Positions 1 through 9,975 of a stretch of DNA of 64,000 bases are shown here, piece by piece. The position numbers and the translations under genes were made by a program. Within the stretch, counting starts at the first letter, position 1. Each line of letters starts with the position of its first letter. The DNA is from Ignavibacteriota bacterium (GTDB lineage Bacteria; Bacteroidota; Ignavibacteria; UBA10030; UBA6906), in the NCBI GenBank assembly GCA_963801355.1, contig CAWDEM010000008.1, positions 1,344,001 to 1,408,000 of the forward strand. The letters are read 5' to 3'. The notes below the pieces were generated by a model. It was given only the letters and a program-made list of their open reading frames with translations. It was not told the origin of the DNA and searched no databases.

Positions 1-1
1 C

Positions 2-61
2 TTCGCGCAGGTGGATGAACTGATCGACTATATCCGGAGCCACCCTGTCCGCACACTGTAG
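2..61 (+). CDS. 3' end of upstream gene (partial), possibly GH130-like glycoside phosphorylase
   Basis: Frame reads FAQVDELIDYIRSHPVRTL* to TAG at 59-61. It resembles GH130 C-termini and precedes a GH94 gene, but only 19 codons are visible. Confidence 0.35.
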   Translation, partial: FAQVDELIDYIRSHPVRTL

Positions 62-118
62 AACGCACGCGGCCTGACCGAAGGAGAACACTCGCACAAG
101 TTTCGAAAGGGTGAGATC

Positions 119-2513
119 ATGCAGTTCGGGCATTTTGACGATGTCAACAGGGAGTATGTCATTGAACGGCCTGATACGCCGCGCTCATGGAGCAATTATC
201 TCGGCTCCACCGAGTACGGCGCGATCATCACGAACAATGCCGGCGGCTACAGCTTCTACAAGTCGGCCGCACAGGGACGTTTCACGAGACTCCGGTTCAA
301 TGTCATCCCCGTGGACCAGCCCGGGCGGTACTGTTACATCCGCGACCGCAAGAGCAAGGACTTCTGGTCCACCTCATGGCAGCCGGTGGGCAAGTCGCTG
401 AGACGATACAAGTCCGAATGCCGCCATGGAATGGCATACACGAAGATCTCCTCACTTTACTCCGGCATCAGAACCGAAGCGCTCTATTTCGTACCGCTGG
501 GCCGCGCGTATGAATGCTGGCTCATGAAGGTGACAAATACCGGCACAACAAAGCGATCCCTCAGCCTGTTCACCTACGTGGAGTACGCGAACAACTGGAA
601 GCTCTCGCAGGATCTCATCAACCTGCAGTACTCCCAGTTCATCGTGAAAATGAACGTGCTCGACGGCATCATCGATCATGGCACAAACGTCTATATGCCC
701 GAGCGGCCTGATCACTTTGAAGACGACGGGCAGGCGCGCCATACGTTTCTTGCCGTCGCCGGTGCCGACATCGCAGGATACGACACGGACCGCGATGTGT
801 TCATTGGCCCTTACCGCACGTATGCCGACCCTATCGTGGTCGCGGAAGGCCGCTGCCGGAATTCTATTGCAGTCGGCGACAACGCATGCGGCACACTCCA
901 GGTCGACATCGACCTGCGCGGCGGCGAGTCACGTGAACTTGTTGTGCTCATGGGGATCGGTACTGCAGATGTCGCGGGAAAAACAGCGGTCCGTGAGTGC
1001 GGGAGCCCCGCCAGAGCCCGGCGTGAGTTCACCAGGCTGAAACAATTCTGGCACGGCAGAATACAGGGGCTGGCCGCGACGACGCCGGATCGTGAACTCA
1101 ACAGCATGCTCAATGTATGGAACCCGTACAACTGCCTCATTACTTACGCATGGTCCAGAGCAGCCAGCCTAGTGTATACCGGCGAGCGGGACGGTCTCGG
1201 GTATCGCGACACCGTTCAGGACATGCTCGGCGTTCTGCATTTGATCCCCGACGAAGTGAAAGAGCGTCTTGAGCTCATGATCACCGGTCAGGTCTCGACC
1301 GGCGGCGCGATGCCGGTCGTGAAACCGTTCGCCCACAAACCCGGCAGCGAGCAGCCACCGGATGAATCCGAATACCGCTCCGATGATTGTCTCTGGCTGT
1401 TCAACACTGTGCCCGCGTACGTGAAAGAAACCGGCGACGGGTCATTCTACGAAAAGATCCTGCCGTACGCCGACCATGGCGAGGATACGGTCCTCGGCCA
1501 TCTGAAGCGTTCCATAGAGTTTTCGCTGCAGCGTTCCGGCGCGCACGGCTTCCCGTGCGGACTGCTGGCCGACTGGAATGACTGCCTGCAGCTCGGCCAC
1601 GACGGCGAGTCGGTCTTCGTGGCGTTCCAGCTGAGGTATGCGCTTGCGACCTACATCGAGATATGCGCGTTTCTTGACAAAGCCGGCGAACTTGAGTGGG
1701 CCTCGGGCCACCTGGACACGCTTGATGAAAATCTGGAGAGGCACGCATGGGACGGGGCATGGTATGCACGTGCCTTCAGAGCCGACGGATTGACATTCGG
1801 CACAAAGGACAACGACGAGGCTTCGATTTTCCTGAATCCGCAGTCATGGGCGGTCATCAGCAAACATGCATCCCGCGAGCGATCGGAAGCGCTCATGGAC
1901 ACTGTGCAGGAGCGCCTGGCGACGGAATATGGTCTGATGATTTGTGACCCGCCCGTAGAAAGGACTGACCCCCGGGTGAACAAATCCCGGTTGTTCAACA
2001 AGGGTATGAAGGAGAATGCCTCCGTCTTCTGCCACACCCAGGGATGGGCCATCATGGCTGAGACGCTTCTGGGGAGGGGCGACCGCGCGTATGATTATTA
2101 TCGCCGGTTCATGCCCGCGGCATACAACACCAGGGCTGAGATCCGGCAAATTGAACCGTACGTGTACTGTCAATTCACGAACAGCAAGTACAGCCCTCGA
2201 TACGGAGCATCGCGCCTGCCCTGGTTGAGCGGAAGTGCCGCGTGGGCGTACTACGCCGTGACACAGCACATCCTCGGGGTGCAGCCCGACTATGCTGGGC
2301 TCCGGATGGACCCGTGTCTTCCCTCCGGATGGCGGGAGGTGAGGATTACGAGGGTGTTCCGGGGGAAGAATCTGCGCATCACCATCAAGAATCCGGATGG
2401 CGTGCAGAAGGGAGTGAAGAGTCTGAAACTCAACGGCAAATGTGATCGATGGAAATCTGATCGCGGCGGAAGAGTTGAAGCAAAACAATAGCGTCGTCGT
2501 CGTCATGGGATGA
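119..2513 (+). CDS. GH94 glycoside phosphorylase (N,N'-diacetylchitobiose/cellodextrin phosphorylase-like), with a +1 frameshift near 2440
   Basis: Motifs MQFGHFDDxxREYVI, GYRDTVQD, RSDDxLWL, DWND, GMKENASVFCH and WLSGSA. The ORF as given stops at 2491. Removing one base at 2438-2441 restores a typical end, VIDGNLIAAEELKQNNSVVVVMG* (TGA 2511-2513). Confidence 0.88.
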
Positions 2514-2624
2514 GCTGACCATAACCGCACTGGCTGCGCTTTGACAATCTCAGGTCACGCGTCTAGCGAAGCTCTGCGAGAATGCCAACCCATGCCTGGA
2601 GCGCGAGTGATGATCAAGCAGACC

Positions 2625-5600
2625 TCATGGTTGGACGGTAGGATTGTACGATGCGATGATGCGTCCGTCACGGCCCACAAGCAGCAAAGCGCCCCTTCCT
2701 GCATCGAGCTGAACGTGGATCTCCGCTCCGCTCATCTTGTCGCGGAAAGCGACCGGTGAAGACTCCATGCTCTCAGAAGTTAACACATACAGTGTTGCGT
2801 CGGGCAGCTGCGTCGGGCTGATGAGAATACCGGGATCTGCACACGTGGTCTCATAGACGGCTTGTGTCCCGGCGCGATTCATTGCATACCGGTAGATGCG
2901 CCCGACTTCATCGAGTTGTTCCGCCATCTCGAGCGGCAGTGCACAATAGAGTATCCTGCCCGCGCCGAGAGGGATCTCAAGAAACGTCTGCCCGCCGGGC
3001 AGTATACCCCGATCGCAGTAGGTGGTCCTGTCCCCGCCATAACTGAGACGGGAGGTGCCCTCCGGCCACTTCACGGCGACCTCCCGGGAGGTCAGCGCCC
3101 CCCACGAGTATTTCACATTCCAGTCACGCGTGCGTTCAGGAATCGCTGCCCAGTGTTCGTCTGCATCTATCCTTCCCGAAACGAGCAGTGTCGCTCCGGC
3201 CCGCACTCTGTTCATGAGCAGGTCCCATGCCTCCTGGTGCAAAACCCACGGTGACGGAAGGATGATCAACCGGGCATCGGGCATTTGTGAAAGCTGATAC
3301 TCACCCGCTACAAACGCTGTTCCCCTTGCGTGATGATAGAGCGCCCGTACGGCGTTTTGTTGCACCGTGATCCCCAGGCTGCTGAGTACGGAAAGCTGAA
3401 GCGACTGCGGCAAGACGATTGCGATGTCGGGGAGCCGGGCCTCCGTTGCATGCGATTGGGCTCTGCGTGCAAAGTCGGCAATCCCCTTGATGACATACAC
3501 CCATTGTTTTTCCGAACCATCACGTCTCAGGAGCCCAAAGTTGTCGCTCCGTGTCCAATCCCAGTGCAATACACCCGCGTTTGCATTCGCGAACCCGAGC
3601 ACCAGCTTGCGCTCGAGAAGAGGTACCCCATGGACGTCGTCCCAGCGCGAGGAGCCGTCCATGGTCCACACGGGCTGCGGGCCCGTCTCGCCGAGGAGGT
3701 TGGGTTTGTGCGGGCTCTTCGCCACGACCGAGTTCCACAGCAGCGCGTCATCACGCCACCAGGAGTGATTCACCGTATAGGCAACCGGCGAAAAAGCCCA
3801 GAACTGGTTCAGCACACGGTCTGTCACGCCACCTTCATCCTGACCCACCGTCACAATCTGCTCTGATCCCGCGGCGCGGATAGCACGGATCATCGTCTCG
3901 ATCCACTGGCTAAACGCATCCTGTGCAAACAGGTTGTAATCCACCGCGCGAATGAGGCGCATGTTGCCGGATCGTGCAGGCTCGAGGTCGGCTGTAGCCG
4001 GCAACTGAACCCTGTCGAATGCGCCCATTTCACCGGGCGATGTGCGCCACGCCCGGGCGAGCTTGTCAATTGAGGTGTACCGCTGCTCAAGCCACCGTTG
4101 CCAGGCCGCAAGCTCCTTAGGGTCTCCGTTTGGTGAGTTCCCCTTCCACGGGCGCCTGGGGTTGGTGAAGCTGGGTTCATTGATAAGATCGTAGCTCAGG
4201 AATGGCACGTTCTTGAACCGGGACACGATGGTGCGGACGTACGCGGCCTGGGCTTCAATTGCAATCGGATCCATGTAAGGATTGGACCCCGGCCCCAACC
4301 TGTTCCCTTCCTGCCCCGGGCCTTGCTGGAGTTCGGTTTGCGGATCAAAGGCAAAGAACGTGAAGATGATCTGCATGTGGTGCCGGGCCGCTGCATGCAG
4401 GTACGCCTCGAGGGCGGACAGCAGACGTTCATCAGCGGCTCCACTTACCGGATCAAGATAGCGCACACGGTTGAGCCATATCCCGGTCCGCACCGTATTG
4501 AACCCCAGCCGTTCCATATCGGCGAAGTCCTGTTCCCACCCCCACGCATTGCCGCCGAGACTTCCACCAACAAAGAATCCCGAAGTATAGGGATCGGTCG
4601 AAAAGTAGTTCGCTCCCACCATCAGCATGGGCTTCCCGCCCACCCGAAAATAGTCGCGTCCCGCTTCCAGACGCTCCCCGGATTGCATGAGCCGGGAATC
4701 ACGCACCACGATACCCGAGGTGTACCGCTCGAAGAGTGTATCCCCGAGGAAGAGACTCGCCCGCACTTTGTAAAGCCCGGAGTCTTTAAGGGGCACGCTG
4801 AGTCCGAGTTCTTCATGCAGCGAGCTGCGGCAGATCATCGTTCTGGAGGCGAGGACCTTTGAGCCGGATAACACTTCGAGAGTCAGCTTTGCGGGGGTTT
4901 CACCACGTAGAACGTCAACTGCGCCCATAACGCGCGAGCCGGGATCCACGGTCATCGCTTGCAGATCCAGCCAGAGGCGGACACCCCCGCGCGAGGCGTA
5001 CAGCGCGGCATCCCGTATCAGCTCACTTCCTGTCCGCGAATCCCAATACCCCGGCTCCGGCTCAAAGCTCAGGTACACGCGCCGCTTCGGTGTTTGACCG
5101 TTGTGTGTCATGTCGTCTGCAACGACAGGCGCGGCAAGCCGCCGGCCATCGCCCCCGACAAGAAAGCCAAGGCCGCGGTACCTTTCTCCGTATCCCGCAT
5201 GAACGAAGACACGGCGTGCCTGCAGATCATCGTTGCGGAACCACGGTGCATCTTCATCCCACTGGATTTTCCACGGACCTTGCTGGGGCGCTGCATAGGA
5301 GTGCATTATCCCGAGGGAACGGGAGTACGTATTTTGCGGTTCCCCGGATTGCCATCCGGCGCTATCGCGGTACACCGGCACATAGAGCGGCCGTCCACCC
5401 AACACCAGCAGATTGCCATGCTCGATGTGCTGTCGGATTATCTCCCACGCATCCGCGGGAAAAGCGGAGCCGTAGGGCAACACGAGCAAGTCACCCTCGG
5501 CCAGGGCATTCTTCTTCTGCAGTTCGGTGAGGCCGACAAATCGAGGCTGCAGAGATCCGAGGGCACCCTCCAGCACCGATCGGCTGATCGCTCCGCTTTC

Positions 5601-5714
5601 CACAACCGGGAAGTTCTTCTCCACGAAGACTACCGTCTTGCCTGAGCAAGTCATTGTGGCCATAAGGAGAATGCCTACACAAGCGCATGGGAAACGGACG
5701 GAGAAGGTGCTCAT
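2625..5714 (-). CDS. Secreted clan GH-A glycoside hydrolase (GH5/GH42-like) with a beta-galactosidase trimerisation-like C-terminal domain
   Basis: Probable start ATG 5714 followed by a hydrophobic signal. Motifs GANY, DFADMERLGFNTVR, YDLINEP (acid/base), WQRWLEQRYxSIxxLxxAW and LLGETG (nucleophile). Confidence 0.75.
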   Translation of the reverse strand: MSTFSVRFPCACVGILLMATMTCSGKTVVFVEKNFPVVESGAISRSVLEGALGSLQPRFVGLTELQKKNALAEGDLLVLPYGSAFPADAWEIIRQHIEHGNLLVLGGRPLYVPVYRDSAGWQSGEPQNTYSRSLGIMHSYAAPQQGPWKIQWDEDAPWFRNDDLQARRVFVHAGYGERYRGLGFLVGGDGRRLAAPVVADDMTHNGQTPKRRVYLSFEPEPGYWDSRTGSELIRDAALYASRGGVRLWLDLQAMTVDPGSRVMGAVDVLRGETPAKLTLEVLSGSKVLASRTMICRSSLHEELGLSVPLKDSGLYKVRASLFLGDTLFERYTSGIVVRDSRLMQSGERLEAGRDYFRVGGKPMLMVGANYFSTDPYTSGFFVGGSLGGNAWGWEQDFADMERLGFNTVRTGIWLNRVRYLDPVSGAADERLLSALEAYLHAAARHHMQIIFTFFAFDPQTELQQGPGQEGNRLGPGSNPYMDPIAIEAQAAYVRTIVSRFKNVPFLSYDLINEPSFTNPRRPWKGNSPNGDPKELAAWQRWLEQRYTSIDKLARAWRTSPGEMGAFDRVQLPATADLEPARSGNMRLIRAVDYNLFAQDAFSQWIETMIRAIRAAGSEQIVTVGQDEGGVTDRVLNQFWAFSPVAYTVNHSWWRDDALLWNSVVAKSPHKPNLLGETGPQPVWTMDGSSRWDDVHGVPLLERKLVLGFANANAGVLHWDWTRSDNFGLLRRDGSEKQWVYVIKGIADFARRAQSHATEARLPDIAIVLPQSLQLSVLSSLGITVQQNAVRALYHHARGTAFVAGEYQLSQMPDARLIILPSPWVLHQEAWDLLMNRVRAGATLLVSGRIDADEHWAAIPERTRDWNVKYSWGALTSREVAVKWPEGTSRLSYGGDRTTYCDRGILPGGQTFLEIPLGAGRILYCALPLEMAEQLDEVGRIYRYAMNRAGTQAVYETTCADPGILISPTQLPDATLYVLTSESMESSPVAFRDKMSGAEIHVQLDAGRGALLLVGRDGRIIASYNPTVQP

Positions 5715-5748
5715 AATATTACTTGAAGTTCGTGTCTGTAGAAAAGGA

Positions 5749-7536
5749 TTAGCGCAACAAGAGCAGCATCCGTGTCTGCACAAACCCTTGTCCTGGGCCA
5801 GCCGGAGGATTCTCCACTCCGCTCCCGGAGTCACGCCCGACGGCGGAGTCTGTAGGGCGGACCTGCATCCTGCAGACGTACACGCCGCCGGCAAGACCGG
5901 CCGCGTTCCATGTCACCGAATAATTGCCCGGTGCTTTGTTTTCATTCACCAGCATCGCCACCTCACGCCCCAGCAGGTCGTACACGGCAATGTTTACCCA
6001 CTCGTGCCCCGTGCCTCGTGCCTCATACCCGATTATGGTGCTCGGATTAAATGGATTCGGATAGTTTTGATAGAGCCGGAACAGTGATGGTCCGTCGCCG
6101 GGTTCCCTCACATCCGTCGGTCCCCCGAGGCCTCCATCGGCAGCCAGGAGCTGCGCATAGATGTCGTCCTGGCTGGTTTTCCGCACGTCCACCCACGTGA
6201 CGATCGCGCCTCCCCTTTTATCGGCTGCAATTCCGGGACTGATCTGCCGATTGTCGGCCAGACTAACCGGGATACCGTTTGGGGTCCATCGAACAGAGCC
6301 CGTGCCGTCGATACGCTGTGCATAGATATCCGAATAGTACGTCGGTTCGTTATCCCAGGCAACGATCGCACCACCGGTGCCATCGGCGACAATTGCTGAA
6401 GGCCATTGATTGTCCCATGCCCGGGCGATCAGGATGCCATTTTGATCCCATTTCGCCTGACCGGATGCATCGATCCGCTGCATATAGATGCCGCTCTGGG
6501 AGTTTCCATTGGCGTCCTGCCACGTGACAACCGCGCCGTGAGCACCATCGCCCGTAAGCACAGGTGAGGTCTGATTGCCGGCCGCCGTGGAAATTGCCAC
6601 GCCGTTTGCATCCCACATCACGACTCCCTCGATATTGATGCGCTGGCAGTAGATGTCCAGGTTGCCGCTTCGGAAGTCCATCCATGTAATGATGGCTCCT
6701 CCGGCACTATCGCTCACGCTTGCAGGGTACATCTGAGCGTTGGGGGCAGCACAGATCGGGACCCCGGTTGAATCCCACTGCATAGCCCCGAGCGAATCGA
6801 TCCGCTGGGCATAAATGTCGGAGTGGATCCCGCCGGAGTCGGCATTCCATGCAATGATGGCTCCTCCGGCAAGATCACTCACTATCTGGGGAGGACCCTG
6901 GTTGATGACTTCCGTGGAGACGATCACACCATTGGAGTCCCACCGAGGGATTCCCGACGCATCGACGCGTTGCGCGAAAATGTTGTAGCCGGACGCGCCG
7001 CGGCGGTAATCATCCCAGGCAATGATCGCACCTCCCGTACGGTCGCTGACGATATTGGGGAAGAGCTGAAACTTCGGGCTTGTGGATATCGGCACTCCGC
7101 CCGCCGGCCACTGCAGAAGGCCCGACCCGTCGACATGCTGGCAATAAATATCGATCTCGGAACCCCCTCTGCGACGATCGTGCCATGTAATAATGGCTCC
7201 GCCCAGACCATCACTCACGAGGCGGGATGTTGTCTGATCGCCCGGCGCGGTGGAAATTGGAACTCCATCTACGGTCCACAGCATCACTCCTTCCGCACTT
7301 ATGCGTTGTGCGTAGATGTCAAAATCAACACCATTGCGGAGATCAGTCCATGAGATGATGACACCGCCGGCACCGTCGCTCACGATGGCCGGCTCATCCT
7401 GGCTGTGAGATTCCGTGCAGATCCCGGTGTTGAGATATGGGTCGGTGGACCACTGACTGAAGGAGTGTGAAAAGAGAGAAGCCGATGCAAACGCGAGGAG
7501 TATCCACGCACGGCAGAACCGGAGACTTGTGTTCAT
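5749..7536 (-). CDS. T9SS cargo: repeat (probable beta-propeller) protein plus C-terminal sorting domain
   Basis: Signal peptide, then about 7 repeats of SDGxGGAIIxWxD...DIYAQRIDxxGxxxWxxxGVxI, then [13 protein letters not shown]...LLLLR. Confidence 0.85.
   Translation of the reverse strand: MNTSLRFCRAWILLAFASASLFSHSFSQWSTDPYLNTGICTESHSQDEPAIVSDGAGGVIISWTDLRNGVDFDIYAQRISAEGVMLWTVDGVPISTAPGDQTTSRLVSDGLGGAIITWHDRRRGGSEIDIYCQHVDGSGLLQWPAGGVPISTSPKFQLFPNIVSDRTGGAIIAWDDYRRGASGYNIFAQRVDASGIPRWDSNGVIVSTEVINQGPPQIVSDLAGGAIIAWNADSGGIHSDIYAQRIDSLGAMQWDSTGVPICAAPNAQMYPASVSDSAGGAIITWMDFRSGNLDIYCQRINIEGVVMWDANGVAISTAAGNQTSPVLTGDGAHGAVVTWQDANGNSQSGIYMQRIDASGQAKWDQNGILIARAWDNQWPSAIVADGTGGAIVAWDNEPTYYSDIYAQRIDGTGSVRWTPNGIPVSLADNRQISPGIAADKRGGAIVTWVDVRKTSQDDIYAQLLAADGGLGGPTDVREPGDGPSLFRLYQNYPNPFNPSTIIGYEARGTGHEWVNIAVYDLLGREVAMLVNENKAPGNYSVTWNAAGLAGGVYVCRMQVRPTDSAVGRDSGSGVENPPAGPGQGFVQTRMLLLLR
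5816..5849. repeat. 34-bp palindromic element, family A copy 1, in-frame in T9SS sorting domain
   Basis: ACTCCGC-20 nt-GCGGAGT. Related copies at 22833, 24944 and 29276. Confidence 0.85.
6004..6024. repeat. 3x7-bp tandem repeat GTGCC(C/T)C inside T9SS sorting domain
   Basis: gtgcccc gtgcctc gtgcctc, encoding EARGTGH on the minus strand. Confidence 0.7.
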
Positions 7537-7625
7537 GTTGCCTCAAATCGCTCCAGAGACGAGCTGGTTTCCAGGAGCAAGTTAAGGCAAATTTTCACAA
7601 AATCCATCTATGTGGTGCGTGTCGC

Positions 7626-9791
7626 TCAGCGCAATAGGAGCATCTTCCGGCTCTCAACAGACGCTCCCACGATGAGTCGGTAGCAGTAGATGCCGCTCGC
7701 GAGGCCCGATGCATCAAAGCTCACATTGTGCCTCCCGGGCATTTTCGGCTCGTTAACAAGCGCGGCCACTTCCCGCCCGAGCAGGTCATACACGCTGAGC
7801 CTGACCCAAAGAGAGCCCGGGGTCTGACCTCTGGGCACTTCTTTTCCCTCCGGAACTCCAAACCCGATTGTCGTGGCCGGATTGAACGGGTTCGGATAAT
7901 TCTGGTCGAGGTACAGCTCCAGCGGCAGCCTGTCGACGGCCGGTAATGGAACTCCGACCGGCCTCGCGCTGTAGTAAACACCGTTGCCGGAAGTCCCCGC
8001 GATGAGTGTCCCGTTCGGATTCACATCGAGAGCGTTAACCTGGAAGTAACCCATACCCGTGAGGATTTCGTTCCACGAGTCTCCGCCATCAGTCGAGAGA
8101 TGAGGGCCGGAGCCCGTGCCGGCGAAAAGCCGTCCATCCGGAGCTGATGCTATCGCGTAGACGAAGCTGCCGTTCAATCCGGCACCGGCCATCTGCCATG
8201 ACGCACCCACGTCAGTCGAGCGGAAGATCCCGCCGCCATACGTGCCGGCGAACAGTGTTGTGGGGAAGCTGGCGAAAAGACACCTGACATCACTGGTCGC
8301 CAGTCCGTTGGTGCTCTGCTGCCAGTATGCGCCTCCGTTCGTGGAGATGTACACACCGGAATTATCTGTGGCTGCTGCCATCTTACCTGTTCCGAATCGG
8401 ACGAGACTGTAGATTGTCGCAGAAGTTGAAATGCCCGAATCTGAAACCACCCAGCTCTCCCCCCTGTCTACGGAACGAAACACTCTGGTGTTTCTCCCGC
8501 CTACGAACAGCGTGTCCGGCCCCACCGGGAGAATTGCATAGATATCTTTGTTGCCCAAACCGTTGTTCTTGGGTGACCAGGAGACGCCGTTATCATCCGA
8601 CCGGAACACGCCACTCCCGAATGTCCCCGCATATACCGTCCCTCCGGTACTGACGGCGGTTGAGCGGACGTCGAGATTGGTGATCCCCGCGTTCGCCTCA
8701 GTCCACGTGCGTCCGGAGTCGTACGAGCGATGAATGCCCGAACCATTCGTTGCTGCAAATGCAAGGCCCCCCGCGTTGTGCGCAATTGCCGTGACGGCAC
8801 CTGCCGACATTCCCTGATTCCCGCAGGTCCATGAGAGGCCGGCGTCTGTGGATCGCAAGACTCCACCGCCATAATCCCCGGCATAAAGCTCTCCAAAGCC
8901 GGACTGACTCATTGCACGAACGTCTCTCTGCAACACGCCGGGCGCGGTCAGTGACCAGGACTCCCCCAGGTCAGTGGAACGGTAGATGCCAACGTCTCCG
9001 ATGCTGATGAACGCTTCACCCGAACGGCTGATCATGACGAGATACTTGTAACCGTTGGGGATCCCCGTGCTTTTCTTGATCCACGTCATGCCGTGATCAG
9101 AGGACCTATAGATTCCCTTGTTGAACGAGGTTGACATCAGCACTTCGCCGGTCGGCGCGATGGCTACATCGTACGCGGAGGTGTCTGATCCCAACCCCGT
9201 ATTCCTCTGCTCCCAGTTCGGCCCGCCGTCGGTCGAATAGAAGACCCCTCGCGATGTCGCTGCATAGACGCCTCCGGCCTGCTCACATTCAAGCCCATTC
9301 ACAATCACCGCCGACAGCACGCCGCTGACATTGCTCCACGATTTGCCACTGTCCATCGAGGCGAAGACTCCATAATTGCCGCCGGCATATATTGAGCCAC
9401 CCCTACACGCGAGTACCCTGACATAGGTAGACCCGAGACCCGTCTTTGCAGAGGACCAGTCATTGCCGCTGTTCGTGGACCGGTACACCGTTGCCCCTCC
9501 ATGTGTGGCTGCGAGTACCGTCTCATCCCTGTAGACGGCGATTGCATTGATAGGAAGATTGCCGAACCCCTTGCTGGAGGACACCCAAGTCTCTCCGTGA
9601 TTTGTCGAGCGGAAAATCCCACTCTTATCAGTACCTGCAAAAACGCCTCCACTGCTGTCGACCGCCATTGCCTGGACCAGTCCGCCGAACGGCCCGGTGG
9701 CGGGCGCCCAGAAATCTCCCTGAGCGAAGCCAGTCCCACCCAATACGCCCATGATCACCATGGTCGACAAAGCCAATAGTGCTGTTTTCAT
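7626..9791 (-). CDS. T9SS cargo: BNR/Asp-box double beta-propeller plus sorting domain
   Basis: Signal peptide ending GFA|Q, about 14 SxDxGxxW Asp-boxes, and [13 protein letters not shown]...MLLLR. Confidence 0.87.
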   Translation of the reverse strand: MKTALLALSTMVIMGVLGGTGFAQGDFWAPATGPFGGLVQAMAVDSSGGVFAGTDKSGIFRSTNHGETWVSSSKGFGNLPINAIAVYRDETVLAATHGGATVYRSTNSGNDWSSAKTGLGSTYVRVLACRGGSIYAGGNYGVFASMDSGKSWSNVSGVLSAVIVNGLECEQAGGVYAATSRGVFYSTDGGPNWEQRNTGLGSDTSAYDVAIAPTGEVLMSTSFNKGIYRSSDHGMTWIKKSTGIPNGYKYLVMISRSGEAFISIGDVGIYRSTDLGESWSLTAPGVLQRDVRAMSQSGFGELYAGDYGGGVLRSTDAGLSWTCGNQGMSAGAVTAIAHNAGGLAFAATNGSGIHRSYDSGRTWTEANAGITNLDVRSTAVSTGGTVYAGTFGSGVFRSDDNGVSWSPKNNGLGNKDIYAILPVGPDTLFVGGRNTRVFRSVDRGESWVVSDSGISTSATIYSLVRFGTGKMAAATDNSGVYISTNGGAYWQQSTNGLATSDVRCLFASFPTTLFAGTYGGGIFRSTDVGASWQMAGAGLNGSFVYAIASAPDGRLFAGTGSGPHLSTDGGDSWNEILTGMGYFQVNALDVNPNGTLIAGTSGNGVYYSARPVGVPLPAVDRLPLELYLDQNYPNPFNPATTIGFGVPEGKEVPRGQTPGSLWVRLSVYDLLGREVAALVNEPKMPGRHNVSFDASGLASGIYCYRLIVGASVESRKMLLLR
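7816..7835. repeat. GGGGTCWGACCCC-type short palindrome (family C), in-frame in T9SS sorting domain
   Basis: cccggggtctgacctctggg. Intergenic relatives at 18015 and 21118. Confidence 0.65.
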
Positions 9792-9885
9792 GATAGCCCT
9801 CCGCAGATCCTGCTCGTATCCTCATGCGTCTCAAGTGAGAAGCCCGCGTCAGTCATCGCCGCAATACATGCAGCGCGGCTTCTTT

Positions 9886-9975
9886 CATGAGATGACCTCT
9901 TCACCATATGAGATGAGACCATCGCTTTGTGAGATGACAACTTCTCCTCATGACATGAACGCATCAGCTGAGATT
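9886..9975. repeat. Degenerate 21-bp-period tandem repeat (4 units plus a partial)
   Basis: catgagatgacctcttcacca / tatgagatgagaccatcgctt / tgtgagatgacaacttctcct / catgacatgaacgcatcagct. Confidence 0.75.

Noticed and set aside
5715-5894. N-terminal extension of the 1089-aa ORF overlapping the upstream gene
   Set aside because: ATG 5714 gives a signal peptide and removes the overlap. Several other ORF starts were trimmed for the same reason.
9886-9975. Possible mini-CRISPR (also considered for 57888-57951 and 17948-18012)
   Set aside because: Units of 13-21 bp are too short, there are no unique spacers of about 30 bp, and there are no cas genes.
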